From NCBI GenBank assembly GCA_902780785.1, contig CACZGS010000010.1:44363-108362 (forward strand): 64,000 bases of DNA. Direction: 5' to 3'. Numbering within the stretch: the first letter of the stretch is position 1; every line of letters begins with the position of its first letter. The notes under the pieces are model-generated. The model did no database searches, had not been told where the DNA came from, and saw only the letters and a program-made list of their open reading frames with translations. Both the position numbers and the translations under genes were made by a program. Source of the stretch: Oscillospiraceae bacterium. Its GTDB lineage: Bacteria > Bacillota > Clostridia > Saccharofermentanales > Saccharofermentanaceae. This document shows, in pieces, positions 26,701 to 34,307 of this stretch.

Positions 26701-26996
26701 GTATGTTCATCAAGACCGCATGTCAATACGCGGTTATAGCAATTCTCATCATGAATATGCTCAGGATCTGTTTCTGAGCATATCAGCTGCTCCTCATAGC
26801 ATTCGTCAGAATGAGTGTGCTCTGAAAGACCGCATGTATATTCATCGGCAAGAGCCACACCGGTATTCCTGAGAGTCCAGAAGACATTGCCTGAAAGTAC
26901 AATGGACACTGCAAGGAACAAAGCCATCGAGCGGTTTCTCGCCTGATGCCTCCTGTTAAGCCAATTTATGTAACCCTCAATACGTTCCTTTTTCAC
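23745..26996 (-). CDS. Large LPXTG-anchored pilus tip adhesin candidate
   Basis: 1083 aa. N-terminal CGL.EHTH.D.C repeats, then a CHAP/NlpC-P60-like segment, an acidic Glu/Thr linker, a C-terminal pilin isopeptide-type domain (FELVDRNTDKVV...YRFYIREKDD), and the sorting signal LPNTGG. Confidence 0.8.
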   Translation of the reverse strand: MKKERIEGYINWLNRRHQARNRSMALFLAVSIVLSGNVFWTLRNTGVALADEYTCGLSEHTHSDECYEEQLICSETDPEHIHDENCYNRVLTCGLDEHTHTDSCRPAEVSKKECQSEWESKLPKPVAKKAQSLVNTASSQLDYKEEPDGYTRYGAWYGNPTGDWNVMFVSFCLHYSKISEKDIPYGSGCWAWQVKLDEAGLLIKDFTVMPKMGDLILIDNDGDGKCDLTGIIININDNDISVMEGDIDGVVAVKSYRISDAVLYGYVSVNRLDSNESEPAEETEETTEPAETTETTEETEPAVSEDAGENTESTENTDDVQDGADAPEDPVKNPLEFEAVTGSGITVNASAPYGAFPEGTTMNASDIANSKVKALAEQTVRDGKEIKGMVAVDISFFDAEGNKVEPAEGTTVDVSIKIPESRQPEGQTYDLLHIDGQKVSVVEGAEVSSSEAAFTTDGFSIYVVTATGEKDKDKVHAYLDNAVNVNPETDLAGDTIKNSPNFPYVLMEGDTLELIGRIDPADANGENLHIRFYENLNWMGEVVSINETSSTPTEVRATITGISSQPNGGSCAVSLYRGNTDLDQDFSIRVIRRDSETDVIDFDQHNDGDTVYVNYGDTIVFKGTPNRYGEDYDWPYIEGGQDRGLLSAFENESEEAYGVRSVTCRAENYTSGNNTQQVSFWTQNGVMKRINVVVNYDYHNENTDYYEILDHADIEIADGGVYTSVSFELGDDTGMIKTVTEYQSYVSGVNSCRIYDENGNPTPFFETQSDQNWQITNATPLPDNGFDSDDYWSDPRFGPGDSQYELTSKYHDDYITNNKHFRYKDTDHVVFDVSLQIAPTKIEKYKYNSTTGEWEIMAEETVVYTPDYPNRKYTKTVNGVVTVTDGELDDIVERIDSQVFKLDKRYVIDAYNKCPNHSGLDFTVHANTASVQFGATKELTNGVLRGGDFTFELVDRNTDKVVTEVNNAEGKVLFERLQFNHPGIYRFYIREKDDHQAGIRYDNSVYDVTVEVTEIPNTGGMLMADVKEFNNNYTFKFTNSVIFSLPNTGGPGIAPFIAAGTLMIGGALILLIKRRCEGGGYAK

Positions 26997-27000
26997 TTTT

Positions 27001-27633
27001 TCATCCCAAAGGCCATACCTTGCCTAATACCTTGCCGACGATCTGATCTTTTTCCACGCATCCGATAACGGAGCTTCTGCTGTCTATGGAAGTATCTCTT
27101 TGGTCTCCCATCACGAAAAATCTTCCTTCAGGAACTGTATAAGGAAAATCAATATCACATTCACCCAGACTCTTTTCGCTTACATAAGGCTCATCTATGA
27201 GTTCGCCGTTAATGTAAACATTTCCCTTTTCATCGATATCCACGGAATCTCCGGAAATGGCGATTACACGTTTAATAAGCAGTTTGTTTTGCCATGCAAC
27301 ACAGCAGAGCTGTCCTGTACGGTAATCGCCGGCATGAAGAAGAACCAGTACGTCGCCGTCAGAAAGCGTCGGCTCCATGCTGTTTCCGGACACCTGGATC
27401 ACCGGCAGAAGATATGTCGACAGTAAAACGGCAACAGCTGCAACTACAGCCAGCAATCCGACTGCAGTAAACGTTGCACGCCTTATCCTTGCGCGTTTTC
27501 TTAGTCTTTTCCGTTCCTCAGTAACTTCTTTCGGATCGAGTCTTTTGCGTGACGGATCTTGTTCATTCATCATGTTATAAACAACATCCACTAACTCTTT
27601 CCGGCTTAAGTTCTTCAGGTTTTCCTTTTTCAT
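27001..27633 (-). CDS. Signal peptidase I (S26), pilus-operon associated
   Basis: 210 aa. GNSMEPTL (catalytic Ser), LIKRVIAISGD (catalytic Lys) and GDQRDTSIDSR are all present. It is the first gene of the pilus operon. Confidence 0.88.
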   Translation of the reverse strand: MKKENLKNLSRKELVDVVYNMMNEQDPSRKRLDPKEVTEERKRLRKRARIRRATFTAVGLLAVVAAVAVLLSTYLLPVIQVSGNSMEPTLSDGDVLVLLHAGDYRTGQLCCVAWQNKLLIKRVIAISGDSVDIDEKGNVYINGELIDEPYVSEKSLGECDIDFPYTVPEGRFFVMGDQRDTSIDSRSSVIGCVEKDQIVGKVLGKVWPLG

Positions 27634-27773
27634 TTCACTCTTCCCGGACAGTCTTCCTGAATATGATATTTTGATTATAGAATCCTGATTTGCCCGAGAT
27701 TTATTACCGTTCGGTTACTGGATAACAATTAATCGACCCTAAATTTCATTCTTGTTATCAATTACGCAGAAAT

Positions 27774-27798
27774 GAAAAAAGCTGTCTGAAACAGCTTT
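27774..27798 (-). terminator. Terminator after lipoprotein L2
   Basis: The minus-strand hairpin AAAGCTGTTTCAGACAGCTTT is followed by TTTTC. Confidence 0.7.
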
Positions 27799-27834
27799 CT
27801 TCCCCCGGTGTTATTTTGTTGCCGGATAATGATC

Positions 27835-29634
27835 TTATAATGGTTCGGCAAGGCTTAACAAAGCCTTATATACCCAGTGATTGTCATTCTCGTCATAGAA
27901 CTCGTTAAGCAAAGGTTCGGAGCTTACTCTGATGACGGTACCTGTAACACTTTCTGTAATATCCGTGTATGTTACTTCGTTAAACTCGGTGAAATTGATC
28001 TGACTGCCGGCCTTGATCGTATACTTCTCGGTTGTTGCTTTTCCGTTCTTGACAACATAACCTGTCAGGTCCTTGGCTGCTTTTACTTTGACGCTTAAAT
28101 TTACATAGCATACTGTATCTGCGATCACCGGCATGCCGTTAGCTGATGCCTTATAGTATCTGGTGATGCCGATCATTCCGTTCATGCCGTCATTCTCATA
28201 GCAAATGAACTTGTCGGCACTTGATGGATTTGATTCAAGATACATGCCTTCATGGTGACCGATAAACTTGATCGAGCTGTCATTTACTTCGTAAACATTG
28301 ATGTCACGAAGATCTCCGTCCATGCAGGATGTTACGTAGATAAATGCCTTGCCGTTGGTCTTAACAAGGTAAGTGCTGCCGATCCTCAATCCTGAATTAT
28401 CAGTGTGTACGGGAAGAACATAAGCATGTCTGTTATACATGATCTGGATCTTCTGACTGTCTATATTATTCTCAACTACAAATGAGCCGTATGCTGATTC
28501 AAGTACACGCTTTTTGGATTCTGCCTGGAAGGTCATTATACGTCCGTTGCCCAACGCTCCAACGGTTCCGGCCTTCTCTTCATCAAAATCCTTGGCGATC
28601 TCGAAAATACTGAAGAAAGCGTTGGTTTTGTTGTTCTTACCGAACATATCAAAGTAATACTTACTGTTAAGTCTGATGACAGTACCGTTTTGTAATGCTA
28701 CATCGATATAATTTTCCATATCTGTTCCGATAAGTCTAACAACATCACCTCTATTGACGGTCTTTAATTCACTGGTTACTTTTCCGTTTCTTACGGCCTG
28801 ACCGCTGTAATCCACCTTGATCCTTGAAGGAGATGTGTTATAAAGGCTGTGCACATTATTTGCAAGCACCGGCATGCCGTTATTACCGACTTTATAATAT
28901 CCGTGCATTACGAACATGTAATTACGTCCGCAATGTTCATAGCAGGAAAACGAATCGATAGATTCAATCGAATCAGTATAAAGATTCTCATAACATCCGA
29001 CATACTTTACGGATTCATCATCAAGAGAATAAACATTGGTCTCGCAAATATCTCCGCCGTGCATTGCGCAGATGTAGAGGTATGCCTGACCGTCTTTCTT
29101 CAACAGGAATGCTTCGCATATTCCGAGTTCAGAGTTCCTGATGGGGAGCTCAAAGCCGTGATCTTCGACCTGGATCCATACTTTTGCTGAAGATTTAGAT
29201 AAGGGATAGAAAAACATATACCCCCAGCCTTCATTATCAGTATATCTTACATCATCGTTGCCTCTTCTTAACTTTAAGACAGAACCGTCCTTAACGGATG
29301 CTATCGCACCGGGCTTCTGAGTTTCATAAGCCTTAGGGGTTGTCACAGGAATATCACTCTCTTGTGTATCTGTTATCTCATCGAAATCATCGTCCGGTAA
29401 AACAACCGTGGGATCAATAATATCATCTGCATTTACACCCTGCTGCTTTACCGTAATGCTTGAAGCAAGCGCTTCATCATTGATAACGACATTTCCGATG
29501 GGGGTTCCGTCTGCCATCTTGATCTCTGCCGTGCATCCGGAAGCCGTGACCGCAATGGCACTTGAAAGGATAACAGCTGCAAGTGCTGATCCGTTGATTC
29601 TGCCTCTCTTAATAGGGTTTGCTATAAACTTCAT
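27835..29634 (-). CDS. Lipoprotein L2, paralog of L1 (two divergent copies of the same ~230-aa domain)
   Basis: The start is at ATG 29634 behind GGAGG. The N-terminal ~60 aa are nearly identical to L1 (MKFIANPIKRGRINGSALA...TASGCTAEIKMADGTPIG). The domain signature is retained (e.g. NVYEVNDSSIKFIG, FICYENDG, YYKASANGMPVIAD, ...YDENDNHWVYKALLSL). Confidence 0.85.
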   Translation of the reverse strand: MKFIANPIKRGRINGSALAAVILSSAIAVTASGCTAEIKMADGTPIGNVVINDEALASSITVKQQGVNADDIIDPTVVLPDDDFDEITDTQESDIPVTTPKAYETQKPGAIASVKDGSVLKLRRGNDDVRYTDNEGWGYMFFYPLSKSSAKVWIQVEDHGFELPIRNSELGICEAFLLKKDGQAYLYICAMHGGDICETNVYSLDDESVKYVGCYENLYTDSIESIDSFSCYEHCGRNYMFVMHGYYKVGNNGMPVLANNVHSLYNTSPSRIKVDYSGQAVRNGKVTSELKTVNRGDVVRLIGTDMENYIDVALQNGTVIRLNSKYYFDMFGKNNKTNAFFSIFEIAKDFDEEKAGTVGALGNGRIMTFQAESKKRVLESAYGSFVVENNIDSQKIQIMYNRHAYVLPVHTDNSGLRIGSTYLVKTNGKAFIYVTSCMDGDLRDINVYEVNDSSIKFIGHHEGMYLESNPSSADKFICYENDGMNGMIGITRYYKASANGMPVIADTVCYVNLSVKVKAAKDLTGYVVKNGKATTEKYTIKAGSQINFTEFNEVTYTDITESVTGTVIRVSSEPLLNEFYDENDNHWVYKALLSLAEPL

Positions 29635-29765
29635 TTTTAATTTCCTCCGTATGATAACAGTTGTTCTATAGACGTAGATTCTACAAACGTAGAACAACCT
29701 TACGAGCGTCATTCTACATTTGTAGAAAACGGATGTCAATAGTTTTTTCTACATTTGTAGAATAT
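29597..29765 (-). repeat. Copy 2 of the ~170-bp promoter/leader cassette (partner at 19379-19547)
   Basis: See copy 1. The two copies are direct repeats 10.2 kb apart that bracket the L2 body and the whole pilus operon. Confidence 0.9.
29679..29762 (-). promoter_or_regulatory. L2 promoter with three BlaI-type operators
   Basis: Same architecture as L1. Operators lie at 29747-29762, 29712-29727 and 29679-29694. The -35 TTGACA is the complement of 29734-29739, and the -10 TAGAAT overlaps the middle operator. Confidence 0.75.
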
Positions 29766-29790
29766 TTTTTGAATTCTTTTCCAGGGCACG

Positions 29791-29814
29791 AAAAAGGGGA
29801 GCTCAAAGCTCCCC
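29791..29814 (-). terminator. Terminator after the blaI-blaR1-like operon
   Basis: The minus-strand hairpin GGGGAGCTTTGAGCTCCCC is followed by TTTTT. Confidence 0.75.
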
Positions 29815-29842
29815 TGAAAGCATTGATTTTATTATGTTTGCG

Positions 29843-32362
29843 TTATGCAGGTTCGAACCAGTCCACTATGGCATTGTAGACCCAGCGGTAGTTATTGCTG
29901 TCGTAGAATCTGTCTTTCTGGTCTTTGAAGTTTACCTGGAGCACTGTGCCGTCTTCTTTTTGAATTATGATAACGTCCTTTTCATCTGTTTTTACCGGAG
30001 TTACTTTCTCACCTACATATATGTAGATTAAATTGTTTTTATAGATGGTGCCGTTTATCATCAGATAGCCGCACAGATCAACCTTGCTCTTTAAAGGCAT
30101 CTTCACGTTGAAGCATGTATACATCAGGTAGGTATCAGGTGCCGGCATTCCTGTTGTTTTGGACATCGAGTAATTTCTCCTCACATCAACGACCGCATTT
30201 TCCCCATAGTTTTCAATGATCCAGAATGTTCTGGGATTATCGACTGCTCTTTCGAATGTGGCGTTATTAACCGCTCCTTTGAAGAAAACACCGTTATCAA
30301 AGACATTGTATGCACAGATCTGGTTCCCGCCTTCAACGTAGAACTGAATAAAGATGTTCGCCTTTCCGTAATCTTTCAGCAGGTAGATTCCTCCGGTGCT
30401 CGTTGAAGGAATTGCATATTCAAATGACTTGTCCTTAATAGTGAAGCGCACCACTTTCTCCGGGAGGATCCTGCAAACGATACTTCCAAATTCTCCTGAG
30501 ACAGTAAAAGTGGAATTGTTGCTCTCGTTCACAAACGGAATGACCGTAAAATCCTTTATCTTGCTTATCGAAAGCAGCTTATCCTCTGCAGGTACCGTTG
30601 TTTCAACAGGTGTTGTGGTCTCAGAAGCAGTAGCAGCCGTTGTCTCTTCCGTCGTCTCTGTTGTCTCGGAAACAGCCGGGTCATCCGAGATATTTGACGG
30701 GATCTTGGTTCCGCCGGAAGTCTTCTGGCCATTCAGGATCTCAATAGCCTTATCAGGACCGACTTTGCCGGTTATCACTTCGGCTTCGCGGCTTCTGAAA
30801 AACTCTTTATATTCATTCTGCGTGACACTCTTTCCGTCTATTGAAAACGAAGTTCCCTCAAAATAGCCGTCAGCTTTAGGCTTTGCACCTGTCATAAGAT
30901 CATTCATGGAATAGAGCTTAGCTTCAGCCAGCTCACCCTGGGTCAGTATAACGTGATGAATAATAAAGTCTTCAAAAGGAACGTAGTGATAAGACTCACT
31001 TGAATCCATATAAACACCGTCCTCAAAGACAGGCAGTACCTTTCCGTTTCTGAATGTATAGAGACTTACCAGATCGTTCGCTCCCTCTGTCGGTCTTTCC
31101 GTAACAAGCTCAGGGATCAGATCATCATCAACATAGATAAATGCATACTTATAAAACAGCTTGTTGCCCTGATTGTCATATCCGGTCTTTCTGATCAGTT
31201 CAATATACGGATCGATAAATGCGGAACTCCATCTCCTGGAGTTTGTTGTCTCGGCTGTGGTCTCGGACGGTTCAGATTCTGTAGTCTCAGACGCAATAAC
31301 AGCACTCTCTTCGGGCTCTGCGGGCTTCTCTCTTACCCACGGCTGGTGATCAATAGAAGATGCGGATACCAGAAGTGAGAAGACAAGCGTAACGCAGATG
31401 GAAGCTATCTGGATCTCTCTTGACGATATCTTATGGGACAGGAGATTCTTGATCCTCATCTTGGTCTCCATGCCTCCGAAGCTCAGGCCGCTGAATGCAG
31501 TGCTCTGCATGAATGCGCCCTTATTGTCGTCAGCTGCATGTCTTACGAGGGACTTACAGTATTCCTTTACCATCGAAAGGTTGAAATTGCTCGTGGTCTC
31601 CTCATCAACACGCATTTCGATATCTGCGCAGAGCATGAAGAAGGCGAGCCATACGAGCGGATTGAACCAGTGAATGCAGAGCACGATGTAGCTTAAGAAC
31701 TTTGTAAGTCCGTCCTTATTCTTTATGTGCGTCCACTCATGATTAAGGACATATTCGCGCTCGTCGTCATCCATGTTGATCGGGAAAAAGATCTTCGGAT
31801 TGATGATGCCTACGACAAAAGGCGAATCAATATCATTTGCCATGTAATATCTTCCGTCGAAGGAGCGAGAACTCCATCTCGCCCTTGAATAGAAGATCGC
31901 ATATCTTATTGCTGAGAAAATCAGCATGCCAACCATAACGGTGAGCCAGATATAAGGAAGAATGGTCTTAAAGGTAACCTTCGGAGCCTGCTCTGTTACG
32001 GCGGGCGCAGGCACTTGCTCTGCAGTTCCGTTATCAATAACCGCAATGTCGGATTCAGGTGTCTGCTCTATGACCTCAGGCATGGTATCAACCACCGCGA
32101 TCTCTCTTAATCTCGTCTCCGGATCGTAGGTCGTGGGCTCTGCCGACACTGTCTTCGGCTGCATGAACTTGCCGAAGTTAAGGATGCTCGTCGGCGAATT
32201 GAAATTGAACGGCAGTACCAGCCTTAACGCAACTATGATCCAGAAAAGGATCATGACCTTCTTGGGGCATTTCTTGAAGATCAGTCTGAACAACAGCACG
32301 ACCAGTATGGCAATACTGCCGTACAGGCTCATCTCCAATACTTTGGAAAATATATAACTCAT
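29843..32362 (-). CDS. BlaR1/MecR1-family M56 sensor-protease with a non-PBP C-terminal sensor domain
   Basis: 839 aa. Multi-TM N-terminus typical of M56 and the zinc motif NHEWTHIKNKD. The Thr/Glu-rich linkers are extracytoplasmic. The last ~235 aa are homologous to the L1/L2 repeat (…YGKANIFIQFYV…NVFDNGVFFKG…YSMSKTTGMPAPD…VLQVNFKDQKDRFYDSNNYRWVYNAIVDW). Confidence 0.85.
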   Translation of the reverse strand: MSYIFSKVLEMSLYGSIAILVVLLFRLIFKKCPKKVMILFWIIVALRLVLPFNFNSPTSILNFGKFMQPKTVSAEPTTYDPETRLREIAVVDTMPEVIEQTPESDIAVIDNGTAEQVPAPAVTEQAPKVTFKTILPYIWLTVMVGMLIFSAIRYAIFYSRARWSSRSFDGRYYMANDIDSPFVVGIINPKIFFPINMDDDEREYVLNHEWTHIKNKDGLTKFLSYIVLCIHWFNPLVWLAFFMLCADIEMRVDEETTSNFNLSMVKEYCKSLVRHAADDNKGAFMQSTAFSGLSFGGMETKMRIKNLLSHKISSREIQIASICVTLVFSLLVSASSIDHQPWVREKPAEPEESAVIASETTESEPSETTAETTNSRRWSSAFIDPYIELIRKTGYDNQGNKLFYKYAFIYVDDDLIPELVTERPTEGANDLVSLYTFRNGKVLPVFEDGVYMDSSESYHYVPFEDFIIHHVILTQGELAEAKLYSMNDLMTGAKPKADGYFEGTSFSIDGKSVTQNEYKEFFRSREAEVITGKVGPDKAIEILNGQKTSGGTKIPSNISDDPAVSETTETTEETTAATASETTTPVETTVPAEDKLLSISKIKDFTVIPFVNESNNSTFTVSGEFGSIVCRILPEKVVRFTIKDKSFEYAIPSTSTGGIYLLKDYGKANIFIQFYVEGGNQICAYNVFDNGVFFKGAVNNATFERAVDNPRTFWIIENYGENAVVDVRRNYSMSKTTGMPAPDTYLMYTCFNVKMPLKSKVDLCGYLMINGTIYKNNLIYIYVGEKVTPVKTDEKDVIIIQKEDGTVLQVNFKDQKDRFYDSNNYRWVYNAIVDWFEPA

Positions 32363-32387
32363 AACACTCTATCCCTGAAATTGTTCC

Positions 32388-32759
32388 TTATTCTTCCGTA
32401 TGCTGTTCGATCATGTCGATAAGACTCTGGGCATCTTCCTTGCTCATCTTCTTGCCGCCGCCTAAGAAAGCATTAACGAACATCGGCAGAGAACCCTTGA
32501 AGTTCTTCTCGACGAGTTCCTCGCTCTGCTGCTTCTGGAGTTCATCGCGTCCTATCAGATATGTGATAGTGGACTTCTCGCTCTGGATAAAGCCCTTATC
32601 CTGGAGTCTTTTGAGCATTGTATAGACCGTGGTCTTCTTCCAGCCGTGGATCATCTCACACATCGTGGATAACTCGCCCGATGCGATCGGTGAATACTCC
32701 CAAATGATCTCCATCAACTTATATTCGCTGTCACCAATAGATGTTTCTTTCATATGCAT
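32388..32759 (-). CDS. blaI: BlaI/MecI/CopY-family winged-helix transcriptional repressor
   Basis: 123 aa. The pattern SEYKLMEIIWE....SGEL......GWKKTTVYTMLKRLQDKGFI matches the penicillinase-repressor family. It lies immediately upstream of the M56 gene. Confidence 0.88.
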   Translation of the reverse strand: MHMKETSIGDSEYKLMEIIWEYSPIASGELSTMCEMIHGWKKTTVYTMLKRLQDKGFIQSEKSTITYLIGRDELQKQQSEELVEKNFKGSLPMFVNAFLGGGKKMSKEDAQSLIDMIEQHTEE

Positions 32760-32783
32760 ATTTCCCCTTATACGTTTTTCAAC

Positions 32784-32812
32784 ATTCTACAAGTGTAGAA
32801 TTAAGATGTCAA
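32784..32812 (-). promoter_or_regulatory. Autoregulated blaI promoter with one BlaI operator
   Basis: The minus strand reads TTGACA, a 17-nt spacer, then TAGAAT. The palindrome TTCTACACTTGTAGAA (32785-32800) overlaps the spacer and -10. Confidence 0.7.
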
Positions 32813-32864
32813 CTTCTTTATACTTCTTTTTTGTGTTACCTTACATTTAAGGAGGTAATTGCGC

Positions 32865-34250
32865 ATGAAGTATGACAACGACAGACTCGGAGCAGCATTG
32901 AAGCTCTATCTTGGAACCGATCCTCTGCCGATGCACATGCCCGGCGGCAAGCGCAATCCTGACTTCGTGTCACAGGCTTTCATGCGCGACATCACTGAGA
33001 TCGGCGGATTCGATAACCTCCACTCCCCTACAGGGATCCTTAAGGATATGGAAGACTGCGCGGCTTCCATCTGGAAAGCTCGAAATGCCTTCATTTCCGT
33101 AAACGGTTCTTCCGCGCTCATCCTCGCTGCCATCTGGAGCGCTGCGACTCTCTACCCGAATTCGAAAATCCTTACTGCGATGAACTGCCATCTGTCAGTC
33201 TGGAATGCAATAGAACTTACAGGCAGCTCCATAGTTCCTCTGATGCCCGCATTTGACATCGGACTTCCTTTCGCGGGACACGTATCACCTTCCGACATCG
33301 AGAGATACCTTGCCAGAGACCCGTCCCTTAAGATAGTTGTCGTGACATCGCCCACTTACGAAGGCGTGATCTCGGACATGGACGAGATCTTCAGGATAAC
33401 CAGGAAATACGACGCCCTCCTCATTACCGACAGTGCGCACGGCGCACATCTCGGCCTCGACGACAAATTCTTCGGCCCTGATTCAAAGGGCGACATCGTC
33501 ATAAAGAGCCTTCACAAGACATTGTCCTCACCTACGCAGACAGCCGTAATGCTCCTTAACGAAGGCTGCCCCATCGAAGAGCCTTTAATCAGACGGGGAC
33601 TTGATATTTTCGAGACCTCATCGCCTTCCTACATACTCTTAGGCGGCGTATCCAAGTGCCTTGCGAGCCTTTATTCGAAGGGGCCTGAGATCTTGAAGCC
33701 GTGGGAAGAAGCAATAGCTTATGCGGAAGAGAACCTTAGGGGCCTTCGCAACTTCAGGCTCTGGGAAGCGCCCGTGAGGGAGAGGTCCAAGTTCGTAATT
33801 ATGGGCTACGGGGATTTCCTTTTCGACCAGCTCAGAGGAACATTCAACATCGAATGCGAAGCGAGCTTCCCTTCACACATGATCGCGATGACCGGCATAG
33901 GCGATACGATCAATTCCTTAAAGCGTTTCTGCGACGCTGTTTGGGCGGTCGATGACGCTGTTGACAGCCCTTATACCGAATCGAAGTTTATATCAAGGCC
34001 CTACCCGAGATTCGCAATGACACTCAGGGAAGCGGCTCAGTCAAGGCTCCGCTGCGTTGAACTCGAACCCGAATTTTGCATCGGAAGGCCTTCAGGCGAA
34101 TTCATCTACGGCTTTCCTCCGGGAATACCGATCCTTATGCCCGGCGAGATCATTACGGAAGATACAGTAAGGATCCTCACGAGGGGCGATATCCACCTTC
34201 ACATGGGCGGAGGCCGCACTTACAACGGACTGATACCCGTTTTGCCTTGA
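32865..34250 (+). CDS. Orn/Lys/Arg decarboxylase-family PLP-dependent enzyme
   Basis: About 461 aa from ATG 32865 (GGAGG RBS). PLP-Lys motif KSLHKTLSSPTQ. Length and organisation match Firmicute SpeA/YaaO-type decarboxylases. Confidence 0.75.
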   Translation: MKYDNDRLGAALKLYLGTDPLPMHMPGGKRNPDFVSQAFMRDITEIGGFDNLHSPTGILKDMEDCAASIWKARNAFISVNGSSALILAAIWSAATLYPNSKILTAMNCHLSVWNAIELTGSSIVPLMPAFDIGLPFAGHVSPSDIERYLARDPSLKIVVVTSPTYEGVISDMDEIFRITRKYDALLITDSAHGAHLGLDDKFFGPDSKGDIVIKSLHKTLSSPTQTAVMLLNEGCPIEEPLIRRGLDIFETSSPSYILLGGVSKCLASLYSKGPEILKPWEEAIAYAEENLRGLRNFRLWEAPVRERSKFVIMGYGDFLFDQLRGTFNIECEASFPSHMIAMTGIGDTINSLKRFCDAVWAVDDAVDSPYTESKFISRPYPRFAMTLREAAQSRLRCVELEPEFCIGRPSGEFIYGFPPGIPILMPGEIITEDTVRILTRGDIHLHMGGGRTYNGLIPVLP

Positions 34251-34307
34251 CTGTTATAATTCATCAAAGTATAATTCATCTATTAAAAACGAGGGAGATT
34301 AATCATT

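Noticed and set aside
27721-27763. GGATAACAATT (identical to a lacO half-site) and the inverted repeat GATAACAA-N23-TTGTTATC upstream of the pilus operon.
   Set aside because: The lacO resemblance is an 11-nt coincidence. The inverted repeat is short and widely spaced, and no LacI-family regulator is nearby. Evidence is insufficient to call an operator.
32865-34250. Whether the PLP decarboxylase belongs functionally to the SCIFF system or to the BlaI regulon. It is divergent from blaI and 65 nt from the operator.
   Set aside because: I could not identify a convincing plus-strand promoter overlapping the operator. SCIFF neighbourhoods are known to be variable, so adjacency alone does not support a functional link.
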